This document shows, one piece after another, positions 22,200 to 33,535 of a stretch of DNA of 64,000 nt. The notes under the pieces were generated by a model. That model did no database searches. It saw only the letters and a list, made by a program, of their open reading frames with translations, and had not been told where the DNA came from. Each line of letters starts with the position of its first letter. The stretch's first letter is position 1. Both the position numbers and the translations under genes were made by a program. This DNA is from Amoebidium appalachense (taxonomy: Eukaryota; Protista; Ichthyosporea), in assembly GCA_963693365.1 (NCBI GenBank), contig CAVNZM010000002.1, positions 17,145,615-17,209,614 on the forward strand. Reading direction: 5' to 3'.

Positions 22200-22821
22200 T
22201 GCATGAGAACACGCAAACCGGCTGTTGGATAAGAACAAGGATTAGTCTGTTTTCAGATTCCCACCCACCCGGACGGCACGATGTACAAAAAAAAAAAAAA
22301 AAAAAAAAACTAACAAGGCAGACAAGAACGGGTGCAAACGTGAATACGGCCGGTACAAAAATGAACACGGTGTGTGCAGGTGTGGGGAAGGCATTGCAGC
22401 ATGCTTTTCGCGTGGTTACGACATAGAGCACCCATGCCCGGTTGCATGGGAGTGAATCTATCTCCACACAGTGGTCTGTCCTAAAAGGACACCTCTGAGA
22501 GAAGATATGGGGGGTTTTGAATGCGTCAAAAAGTACGAAGTACACAAGAACAAACGGATAACACGATGCAGAATGCAAGCCATACATAAAGAGTATGCAT
22601 AATAAGCAGAGCCCATCCTCAGGGGGGCCCACGTCATCCACAGTACCCGAGTTTCGACCTATTCCCCTCGTTAACGAAACCCAACTCAGATACTGTTTCA
22701 CTTGAACATGAGTAGGTCACCCGTCTTGATCAGAGACGAGCAGGGTTGCTTATGCAGGCAAGGGCAGTGGGAAAGGCCGGGGGTTAAAGTTGCAGCAGTA
22801 AGCAGAAGCAAGAAAAATATA

Positions 22822-22918
<97 letters not shown>

Positions 22919-22995
22919 GCCTAGCAGACTACCAGAAGCCCACGACAGAGCTCACGGGGGGGGGGGGAAGAGAGAGAGGGGGGAGGGGGGGGGGG

Positions 22996-23429
22996 TTTTG
23001 AATGCGTTAAAAAGTACGAAGTACACAAGAACAAACGGATAACACGATGCAGAATGCAAGCCATACATAAAGAGTATGCATAATAAGCAGAGCCCATCCT
23101 CAGGGGGGGCCCACGTCATCCACAGTACCCGAGTTTCGACCTATTCCCCTCGTTAACGAAACCCAACTCAGATACTGTTTCACTTGAACATGAGTAGGTC
23201 ACCCGTCTTGATCAGAGACGAGCAGGGTTGCTTATGCAGGCAAGGGCAGTGGGAAAGGCCGGGGGTTAAAGTTGCAGCAGTAAGCAGAAGCAAGAAAAAT
23301 ATAGATAGGAACTCAGGAGACGGGGCTTCTAGGAAGCTCCCCCGTCGATACCTAAGTCGATACTTCCCTGGCTAACATACTACACCAGCTGAAAAGAATT
23401 AAGTCCCGAAGGCCGCAGAATTCGTAATC
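22996..23429 (-). mobile_element. 5'-truncated extra copy of the PLE 3' end/pLTR upstream of the full element
   Basis: Near-identical to 16926-17359; G-runs at both junctions. Confidence 0.9.
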
Positions 23430-23555
23430 TGGGGGGGGGGGAGGTGCGTGCCACGCGTGTTTGTGTGTCCGCACGAGTGCGTCCACGCGTTGGTGAGTGT
23501 GTGTGTTTTTATGCGTACGGGCAGTGTGGGAATACAAAGGAAGGAGAGTTGTGCA

Positions 23556-23589
<34 letters not shown>

Positions 23590-23825
23590 TAAGTGTGTGT
23601 AAGTGTGTGCGCATGCGTGTGTGTGTGTGTGTTGGCATGTTGAGCATGTGGATATGTGACGGGAGGAGAGCGGGTGACTGAATAAATTGCAAATACATTC
23701 GTTGGCGGGGGTTGGTTGGTTGTAAGGGCCAGCGAGCTCGCAAACATATTGGTTTACAGCTCCATTATGTCATATCCTTACAGCTCTCATGGAATCTAAT
23801 TCGGGCAACCAAATGAACTGCTGGG

Positions 23826-24090
23826 TCAATAATTCCTTTTACTATTCATTTACTTTCCTCTTGAAATGGACTCAATAATTCCTTTTTACTATTCATTTAC
23901 TTTCCTCTTGAAATGGACTCAATAATTCCTTTTTCCTATTCATTTACTTTCCTTTTGGAACGGAGTCAATAATTCCTTTACTGTTCATTTACTTCCTTTT
24001 GGAACGAAGTCAATAATCCCTTTTTACTATTCATTCACTTTCCCTTTAGAATGGAGTCAAAAATGCATTTTCACTATTCAATTACTTTCA
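23826..24090. repeat. ~47-bp AT-rich minisatellite, ~5-6 copies
   Basis: Unit approx. tcaataattcctttttactattcatttactttcctcttgaaatggac. Confidence 0.9.
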
Positions 24091-24120
24091 ACTACCTACA
24101 CAATCAACAGCACGTGCATC

Positions 24121-24355
24121 TCACGGAACGGCATGGAAGGAGGAGGGTAAATACCTGTCAAAGGTGCGGAAGTATCCCTCCACGGGCACCTGGGCCCCAC
24201 GGGGCTGGAACGTGTACGTGATGCGGGTCGTTGGGATACCGTTGATGATTAGGGTCGGGTCGGCCTCGACCCGGGTGACCCGGCCCTGTACGGATGGCCC
24301 GTATACGAGCATCTTATAGTTGTTGTAGCCTGTGTGTGTGTGTGCGTGCGTGTGC

Positions 24356-24406
<51 letters not shown>

Positions 24407-25280
24407 CGTGCGTGCATGCGTCGTGTGCGTGTGCGTGTGCGTGTGCGCGTGCGTGTATATGTGTGCGTGTGCGCGTGCATGTGTGTGTGTGCGTGCGCAT
24501 GTGTGTGTGTGTATGGAGGAGGAGGATGTCAGGGAGTTTGAAGAGTTTAGGATGCGGAATAGGGGAGAAGTCTAAAAAATTGCAACCCGACAAGAACACT
24601 GCAGGACCTATGAACCGGAATGCAAAAAAAAAAAAAAAAAATACATAGGCTGAGCCCGGGACGAGGAGGAGGAGGAGGAGGAGGAGGAGGAGGGGGGGAG
24701 GGGGGGGGGGGGGGGGTAAAAGCACACAGTAGAAAGACCATTGCAGTAAGAAGGTGAAAAATAAGGGGTATGACAAGAACCCAAAAAAAAAAAAAAAAAA
24801 AAAAAAAATCAAACCTCAAATTGCAATGAAGAAGAACCGGAACAGGGACTAAATGCTGTCAGTGCTTGCATGTACTTGCACATCCCAAAAGCACAGAGTG
24901 CTGAGTATGGCACAAACCAGTAAAGTGTGTTATGTGAAAGTTTCCACGCCCCCGTGCACATCCATATCTATGTGTACATTGTTTTCTTTCTCTCCTTCTT
25001 TTTTCTTTTCTTTCATAGCCCCCTGGCGCCGGGGGGGGGGGGGGGGGGGGAGAGGGGGGGGAGGGAGAAGGGAGGGAGGGGGGGGGGGGGGGGGGGGGGG
25101 GGGAGGGAGGGAGGGGGGAACACTCACTCTGCATGAGCAGAAAGTAGATGACTGTTGCCCCGCCACCAAAAAATAAAAACGGCACAGCAACCTCGACTAG
25201 ACGCGCCCTCTGGCCTCCCCTGCCTGCACACAGCGAACACTCAAGTCAGATCATCACGTATAGGCTAGGATATCAGGGTT

Positions 25281-25338
<58 letters not shown>

Positions 25339-25792
25339 CGTGCATATATATGCGCGCGTGTGTGTGCGTGTGCGTGCATGTGCGTCCTGTGTGTGTGTGC
25401 GCGCGCGTGCGTGCGTGTGTGCCTGCATGTGTGCCGGGGGGAGGGGGGAGGGGGGGGGGGAGAGGAAGGGGGGGGGGGGGGGGGGGGGGGAGGGGGGTTG
25501 AGGGGGGCTCATGGCAAGTGGAGGAAGCAAGGACAAAAACAAAAGTATGCAATAAAAGTAGAGTGGTGGTGGTCAGTGGTGGTGGTGGTGGTGGTGGTGG
25601 TGATTTGGGGCGGGAGGGGAGGGGAGGGGGAGGGGGGGTTACAATTTGTTACAGACTACGAAGTATACACCCACGGCCGACAACAAAACACAGATTTTGC
25701 AAAGCACACATAAGGAGGGTTTTTGCATCAAGATCATAAGCATTATAAGAAGAGCTCCCGGGCACCCGTGGGTTTGGGTGTGTGTGTGTTTT

Positions 25793-25823
<31 letters not shown>

Positions 25824-26785
25824 GATGAAACCTCCAAAAACGCGCATTAGGGCGTCCACCACAGCCGATCCAGAAAACACAGACCAGACCAACGCAAACA
25901 GCAATATCTGCCAGTTGCTGAACACACGCACATGCCCTGGGAACGTGATCTGCCGCAGGGGGGTGGATGGGTAACCCTCTGTGGATGGGGCTTGTGGTGT
26001 GTGTGCCTGTGGCTGGGGGGGTAGTTCCCCTGCCTGTATGTGATTGTGCGAGAGTCCGTCTTGTTGTGGCACAAAGGAATAACGTGTTGAAAAGTTGGGT
26101 GTGTTTCCTCTGTCTGGTGTACCAATCTCTGCTTGCACACCATCTTGTGCTGACGTTTCTTGGGTCGAACTGTGACTCGAACTGGTTTCACGCTCACTCT
26201 CTCTTCTGTGTTCTGTCCCTTCACCGTGTGGGGCAGAGTCTTGATCCCGCGCCCCCAGTGCATGTTCCGTAGTTTGAGAATCAGGTAAACGCGTATGTGC
26301 ATGTGTTTGTGGCTGCTGTGGGGGAGGTGTGGGGGTATCTTGTTGTGTTGTCTGTTGGTGGTGGGGTATGGGTTGTGGTGGGATGGGTTGCTGAGGTTCG
26401 GCCCTTGCTGGTGCGTTGGTTGACGCTGGGCGGCTACGGCGGTTGGGTGCTGTGTAAGATACCCAGTGAGTATGGTGCATGGACGGGTATCAGCGTGGTT
26501 CTTTAAGTATGGTATTTGCTACCATATGGGTTTAGGATGATTCTTTGAAGTGTAGTGCGGATACCACAGATCTGCAGGTTGTCTTTATGTATGGTGCTTA
26601 CTGCCCTTGAACACACGCACGTACACACATACACACACACACAAACATACACACACTCAAACAGAAAAACACATACGTGTGTGTGTGTGTGTGTGTTTCA
26701 TAGGTGATAAGAGTATATATGTACGTGTAGGTGTGTGCGTGTCTGTTTTGCATGTGCACCTGTGTGTGAGTGCGTGTGTGTGTGC

Positions 26786-26826
<41 letters not shown>

Positions 26827-27810
26827 CATTCTTGTGTGTATGTGTGTATGTGTGTGTGTGCGTGTACGTGAGCGTGTGTGTGTGTATGTGTGTGTGCGCG
26901 CGTGCGTGCCTGCGCGCTTGCGTGTGTGCGTGAGCGCACGCGTGTGGGCACGTGAATGTGAGAATGTGCGTGAGCCCACACGTGCATGCTGGTGTATGAG
27001 TGTTTGTACGTTTTGTTAGGGTGTGAGGCTCTAGCAGTGGGAGTGTGGGCAGCGCGGGGACATGCATGTTGGTATCTGCATGTGGCACGTCTGTCCGTAT
27101 TCTGTGTGCCTCGTTGTGTGTGTGTGCTCGTATGCCTGTGTTACTTAGAGGAATCTGGAATGAGGAGAGAAATGTGGGGAACACAGGTGCGAGGAGAAAA
27201 GAAAACGAACAGGAGGCAGGCACTATATGCGAAAGGTATAGACTGGAGTAGAAGATGTGAGAGAAGTCAAGGGGGGGGATGGGGAGAAAGGGTTTTTTTT
27301 TTTTTTTTTTTTTTTTTGGGGGGGGGGGGGGGGGTTGGAGGGGGGGGGGGGGGGGGGGGGGGGGGCTAGGGCAGACAGAGACAGAGGGGAGAGAAGGAGA
27401 AAGAGACAGGTGACGTGGAGGAAGCCATATCAAAAGCGAAAAGCGAGAGAGGGACTGGGAGTGCAGAGAAAGGGGGGGGGGGGGGGGGGGGGGAGAGGAA
27501 AGCAAGAAGAAAGGGAAAAGAAGAGCAATGGAAGGACAATAGGTGAGCAAGAGAGCGAGAGAAAGATTTTTTTTTTTGGGGGGGGGGGAGGAGGGGGGGG
27601 GGGGGGGGGGTAGGGAGGGGAGGCAACTGAGCAAGCAAGAGGGGGGGGGGAGGGGGGCGGGGGGAGAGTTGAGAGCGAGAGTGAGCGAGAGAGAGAGAGA
27701 GAGAGAGGGGGGAGGGTGGGGGAGGGGGATGGGGAGAGAGAGGAGTGAGAGAGGGGGAGAGAAAGAGCGGAAGAGAGGAGGAGAGAGGGAGAGAGACATA
27801 TATATATCAC

Positions 27811-27866
<56 letters not shown>

Positions 27867-28409
27867 TGTGTGTGTGTGTGTATATGTATGTGAGGAAAAG
27901 AGGAGAGAGAGGTAATGGCCGAGAGAATGAAAAGAAAGAGTGGAGTATGAGAAAGGGGGGGGGGGAAGGAGAGAGAGAGAGAAGGGGAGAGAAAGAAAGG
28001 GGTGTGGGTGTGTGGGTGTGCGCGCACGTGTGTGTGTGTTTGTTTGTGTGTGTGAAAGACAGTGAGAGGGAGGAAAGGGAAGGAGGAAAGAACAGAAAGT
28101 GGATGAGAAAAGGAAAAGTCGGGAGAAAAGAGTGATCAGGGAGAGAGTGGGAGGGTGAGAGGGGGAGGGACCCGAGGTGGGGCGAGGGGAGAAAAAGAGA
28201 GTGAGAGAGTTAGAAGCAGCAATTTTTTATTTTTATTTTTTTTTATTTTTTTTTTTGGGGGGGGGGGGGTACTAACCTGCGGTTGGTGCCGGTCGTGTGT
28301 TGAAAGCTTCCCTTGCTCGGTCTATGCCCCGACCAACAGCAAGCACAAGGAAAACACACCAACCAGCAAGCAGCACCGCCACAGAGTCGTCAACACCTTC
28401 CAGCAACAT
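24121..28409 (-). CDS. Membrane protein with C-terminal DUF3592-like domain (multi-exon)
   Basis: Phase-consistent exons 28409-28277, 26449-25832, 25223-25128, 24329-24121. The last exon may instead end at a donor at 24155 and join a further exon near 15615. Hydrophobic N-terminus, P/Q/T-rich spacer, two TM-like segments, then [29 protein letters not shown]. Domain call is by eye. Confidence 0.6.
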
Positions 28410-29004
28410 GGCTGCTATCAGGGGACGACGTTGCTGGGGATAAGATAAAATAATAGAAGGGTATGTACGAGGCCTGAGATGAATATACGCCCAGGGAACT
28501 AAGAAGAGGCTTCTGAGTCACACACGAAAGCGCGCATTAAGAACGTTTAGATGTAGCAAACGTTGTAAACGTTGCAGCATAACTGTTATCAACAAAACGG
28601 AGAGGGAGTGTACCAAAAACCGTAGGAGATGGGGAAAGGCGGGAGAATAAGGGGGGTGGGGGGTGGGGGGGGGGGGGGGGGGAGGGGGGGGGGGGGGATA
28701 CAAAAAAAGGTGTACTGATCACTCGAGCTCTAATCCTGACAGTGCCAAAAGGCATGTCCTCATATAGAGACTGAAGGCGGGTAGCGGTACAGTATCCACT
28801 TGTTTTTTGTTTGTCGTGCGAAGAGCAAGCAACGTAAGATTTCCAACAGCAGTGTAGACAAGTATCTAATAATACATATAGGGCAGTCAACGCACAGTGG
28901 TGTACTTGCTAACAAGAGCACGGCAAAAAGTTGGCAGGATCAAAGCTGTGTCTGCTGTCTGCCAGTATGCATACTGCCTGACTGCCGCGGACGGACGTCG
29001 GCCG

Positions 29005-29306
29005 TGGGCAAGATTTTGGCGGTTCTGCCATAATTAGGTTTTGTTGGTCCTGTTGACACCTACTGTTTGCGCAACCATCCTTGACCGCGCGCAGCTGCAG
29101 GCTCAGCGGTGAAATTAGGGGGTTTAGGGCCAGAAAATTGTCCCTCAAAGTCCGAAAATTGTCCCTAACTTCTCGAGGTTAGCTTCATCAAGATCTGAAG
29201 AATTGGCCCTAACAGGGCCAAATATGTTAGAAAAATGGCACATAAAAACGGTTGTTGGCTGTATGAGGGCCATCCAGGCTGGTGGAAAGCTGCCAAAATG
29301 GCCCTA
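29005..29306. mobile_element. Possible degenerate MITE
   Basis: Imperfect inverted ends gggc..attttggcggttctgcca / tggaaagctgccaaaatggccc; internal aattgtccct-like repeats; no TSD seen. Confidence 0.3.
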
Positions 29307-29585
29307 GCCAAAAACAAATTTCACACCCTGATTGACCGGTGTTCGCGAGTCACTGATGACGTCACGTGCTGGCGTAAGGGGCCATAGATCTGCGCTTCGT
29401 GCATGCTTGTGTGAAATGTTCCGCCCCCGACCACCTTGTGCATCAAGAATGCTATCCATAGCCAAAGGATAGACCCTTCCCCCTTCCCTCCCGGTTGCTC
29501 GCCTTCTCGCTCGATCTCCGGACTCTCCAGCTTCCTCACACTCACACACACACACACACACTCTCTCTCTCTCTCTCTCTCTCTC

Positions 29586-29794
<209 letters not shown>

Positions 29795-29860
29795 GCTCCC
29801 TTCCTCCCGAGTCCCTCCCCCCCTCCCCTCCCTCCTCCCTCTCTCTCTCTGCCTCCCTCC

Positions 29861-29917
<57 letters not shown>

Positions 29918-30399
29918 CGTGTGTGTGTGCGTGTGTGTGTGTGTACGTGTGTGTGAGTGTGTGTGTGTACACGCGTGAATGAATACGAGGCACGTGTACG
30001 GTGCAATTATAACTCTTTTTGATCATTCGAATTCTACATGTGGTAGTTGGACATGTGGGTATGGGCATGCACAAGCACATACATAAGTGACTGTTGGCTA
30101 TTACTCGGAGTATTAAGTTATGGTTAGCTAGGGTTTTCTTGTAATCAGTTGTTTGTAATCCTCGCTGAGAGGTAGAGCTCGAGCACATAGTAACTAATAT
30201 TTTGACTGTGATTACAGATGTGCTGGTTTTGTATCATCAAGATCAACACAAAGCTACAGTACATCCTCCCCCCCCCCTTCCCCCCGCGCGAAAAAAAAAA
30301 TGAATTATAACTTGAACAAAGATAGTAGAAAGATCTCTTTTGAGAACAACAACATGATTGCTTAACGACATAACAAGAACTCCATGCACTGTGACACAC

Positions 30400-30765
30400 A
30401 TGCATGAAACGATTTACTCCTCTCCAGCCTTAAAGGCGTCTCAACAATACCGGGTGACAACATCACATCCTATGGACCCCGGGTACCTCCGAAACGTTCT
30501 CGTGGCCTATTCCTTCTCTGGTAATGATAGCCGCCAAGACCAACCTCCCCGCACGTGCACACACACACACACACACACATACACACACCTCACACGTACT
30601 GACGGTGTGCACGCGCTGCGATGAACTTTACGTTCGCTGCAGGCGATTTTTCCTTACACTCTCGCGACCGCATGCATGCTTTCTGTCGCGGCGCCTCGAC
30701 GGTTCGATAGAGTCCAGTGTTCGCTGAATGTGTAAGGAAAAATAAGGAGCCATCTCAGTAGGTGG

Positions 30766-30819
<54 letters not shown>

Positions 30820-30829
30820 GCACACACGC

Positions 30830-30868
<39 letters not shown>

Positions 30869-31803
30869 CACCATCCCTCCTCCCTCTTACCCTCCTTCCC
30901 CTTCTACGCCCTCCTCCCCCCTGCCCCCCATCCTTTTTGCCGAAACCACCACAATTCTACAAGCACTGATTCAACAAACCACACGGTATATTGCCCCTCA
31001 CCCGTCCTCCTCCTCCTCGAGCTCCTCCCCCCCCCCCCCCCCACCCCCCTCCACCCCCTCCCCCCCCCCCCCCCCCCCCCTCCCACCCCCTCCCCCAAAG
31101 CTTCCCCAACCAACACTTTCAGGTTTGATGCTGTGACTTTGGACTCGCTCAGCCAGCTCAGGGGAACACACAGATTTTAACAACACATTTTCATACAGAA
31201 TTATAGGGATGAATAGCTTTGCTTATTATCCATGTACTATTATGTTCTGGTCTCCCTCCCCCCCACCCCACCACCCACCCACCAACCCACCTACCCACCC
31301 ACCACCCACCCACCTTCTTGCGAATAACCCTACCTCCCTGGGCCCTGGCGCCCACCCACCGCAGCCTCACACTCAGTCACCGACCAGCCGACCACGATCA
31401 GCCAAACACGCAGGCACGTAGCATACCGTGACATGCATACACGCTCACAGCCGACATTCTTCTTGCAACTGCTTTAAAGACAGGTGCTGCAGGGTAAGGA
31501 CTAAACAAAACGTGATCTTTTCGATCCCCCTTCCATTCCTGCCTGTCATTGTTTTGGTACCGTTATGTAGGCTTACATCGAGCAAATTACGGTCTTGGAG
31601 AAAACACTGCCCGGGAACAAGACCTTGTGGTTGGTGCAAATAATCTAAGTGAAGCCACAGACACCAACGCCTCGTTACATAACGGACCACAGACATGGGG
31701 GAATCTGAATATTGCAAAGAAACAGACACCACGGGGGAAAACACTTTCCAGACATGTAAACAATTGCAATTTCATGCGGAGAAACAGACACCCGGCAGCT
31801 TGA
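30400..31803 (+). CDS. Possible exons of a small unknown gene convergent with the GATA gene
   Basis: Non-repetitive open segments with splice-like ends, e.g. ...tgtag|GC at ~31571 to stop 31803 and a donor near 30521; no recognisable motif. Confidence 0.25.
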
Positions 31804-32306
31804 AGCAAGCATGTCTGGATATAGAAAACCCGCTCAGTGATTGTAAGGATTGATTCGTGTGCCACTTCACAGTAGCTGACGTCAACCCTTTTTATTTCAA
31901 TTCGTTTCTTTAACATGTACAAGATATAAATATCGCAATGTCAACCAACGTCTAGACTACAATATTTCAGGGGGATGTTTAGCCGCTTTGAAAGCAGCTG
32001 CTTATGGGGATTTACATGTCGTATTTACATGTGTAATGTTAACTGTTCGTGAATTCACGCACCATTGTTTTTCGTTCCAGTAATATTTCGTTACTACATG
32101 CACCTTCGCTTTTGGTTTCTGCTAATACAAAAGGCTTCTGGCTTGGTGCAGCTGCGCGTGCAGTACTATTCAAACCAACACTTCAACTATCTCTGTGCGC
32201 ACACAGTCTATATTGTCATTCTTGAGGCCCTGCGGCTATTGCAGGTTCTATTACTCTATTACTTGGTGCCTGCTCCAAGAGCTTGGGTTCTTTCTACGGT
32301 GCAAAC

Positions 32307-33341
32307 CTACGGGCTGTCATTCGTGTTGCGCCGACGGCGTCTCTTTGTGACGACATTATTCGACATGCTCACGGGCCGCTGCTTCTGGTAGACACGAATA
32401 TAAAGCCCACAGGCGTTACATAGGCGCTCACCGTTCGACCCACGGCGCCACAACGACGTCTGGGTGCAGAAGCAGTTTGCACACGTGATACCACTGTGCA
32501 CTGGCTCGGGCGCACAGCGCACGGTCGCGCCACTTGTGGAGGACCCACGGGGACGCTTGGGCGTCGAGCCAGAGTCCTTGGGGGTGGCATGGAAGCTGGC
32601 CGGAAGGCTGGCCCGGCGGCCAATAGATGCACTGTAGGCCTGGACCTCAGACATAGGTGGTGACGTGGGGGCCAGCTGCATGCCACGCATCTGCTCACTC
32701 ATGGAGTAGAGGGTGGGAGAGGTCTTGACGCGGGCAGCCTGCTGTGGCTTAGATATCGGGGCCGTGGCAACCGGGGCTGACCGTTGTGGTTGGCTGTAGT
32801 CAGCAACACACGGGGATGACGCGCTGTGGCTGATGCTCAGCTGGCCGTTTCTCGGGGTGGGTGCTGAGCCGTCAAAGCAGGGCAGTGTTAGGTCGGGCTC
32901 AGAGTTCATGTTCATCGGATTAAGAAGCGACATGAGGTCATCGCTGTTCATGGAAAACGGTAGCCCGTCAAGCAGGGCGCGGAAAATATCCTCTTCGTCC
33001 GAGGTATCGTCGAGGGCAGGCTCGAGCAGAGCACCCTCGAAGCCCGCACCTTCATTAGCAAAACCAGACTGAGAGAAGACGGGGGTATTATCGTACGGTG
33101 AAGATGCATAGCTAGTTGGTGTGCTCATAGTAGTGCTAATCATGGGTATAGAGGGGGAAAGGCTTCCGGAGGAAACTGAGGGGGAGAAAGGCCCATTTGA
33201 AAACTGTGGGGTCATGAAGTGCGCGCCCCCAACCATGGGGGAGTGTGTGACGCCATGACTAATACTGCTAACGCCAACGTAATATTGCTGCTGCCTTTGG
33301 ATGGACTGCATGGCGCCGACGTTGTGGGCGTAGGACATCAT
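32307..33341 (-). CDS. GATA-type zinc-finger transcription factor (single finger, intronless, 344 aa)
   Basis: CANCFCTQTSLWRRGSNGERLCNACGLY..RP..KRRRRR (C-X2-C-X17-C-X2-C plus basic tail); S/P-rich and acidic N-terminal region. Confidence 0.95.
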   Translation of the reverse strand: MMSYAHNVGAMQSIQRQQQYYVGVSSISHGVTHSPMVGGAHFMTPQFSNGPFSPSVSSGSLSPSIPMISTTMSTPTSYASSPYDNTPVFSQSGFANEGAGFEGALLEPALDDTSDEEDIFRALLDGLPFSMNSDDLMSLLNPMNMNSEPDLTLPCFDGSAPTPRNGQLSISHSASSPCVADYSQPQRSAPVATAPISKPQQAARVKTSPTLYSMSEQMRGMQLAPTSPPMSEVQAYSASIGRRASLPASFHATPKDSGSTPKRPRGSSTSGATVRCAPEPVHSGITCANCFCTQTSLWRRGSNGERLCNACGLYIRVYQKQRPVSMSNNVVTKRRRRRNTNDSP

Positions 33342-33489
33342 TTTCGTGTTCTTTCCCGTTCACACACCTTGCAGTGTGTCTAGCTTTTGTTTTCGTTTTG
33401 CGTGTGAAAAAGCGTCCTAACACGCAAATAACCCTTTTGCGTGGAGAATGCGCGTCTTCGTGACTGTGGGAAGTGGCCGGAATAGCGGC

Positions 33490-33535
33490 TTTTATAGCTG
33501 GAGATCTAAGCATAAGTGGCTTGTGATAGGATAAG
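33490..33535 (-). promoter_or_regulatory. TATA box and adjacent GATA-type sites upstream of the GATA gene
   Basis: TATAAAA (minus) at 33490-33496, ~150 bp upstream of the ATG; TGATAG and GATAAG at 33524-33535. Confidence 0.55.

Larger units (their letters stand above)
16926..22821 (-). mobile_element. Full-length Penelope-like retroelement, N-terminal endonuclease (Chlamys-type), with pseudo-LTRs
   Basis: 5' pLTR 22515-22821 is nearly identical to 3' end 16926-17232; intact EN-RT ORF between them; ~2.1-kb 3' region; 3' end ...gcattcaaaa runs into poly-C. Confidence 0.92.

Noticed and set aside
19035-22238. Selenoprotein/SECIS as in some Naiad PLEs
   Set aside because: The ORF has no in-frame UGA, so there is no basis for a SECIS call.
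23826-24090. CRISPR-like or coding repeat array
   Set aside because: Head-to-tail units without unique spacers; the 47-bp unit is not a multiple of 3.
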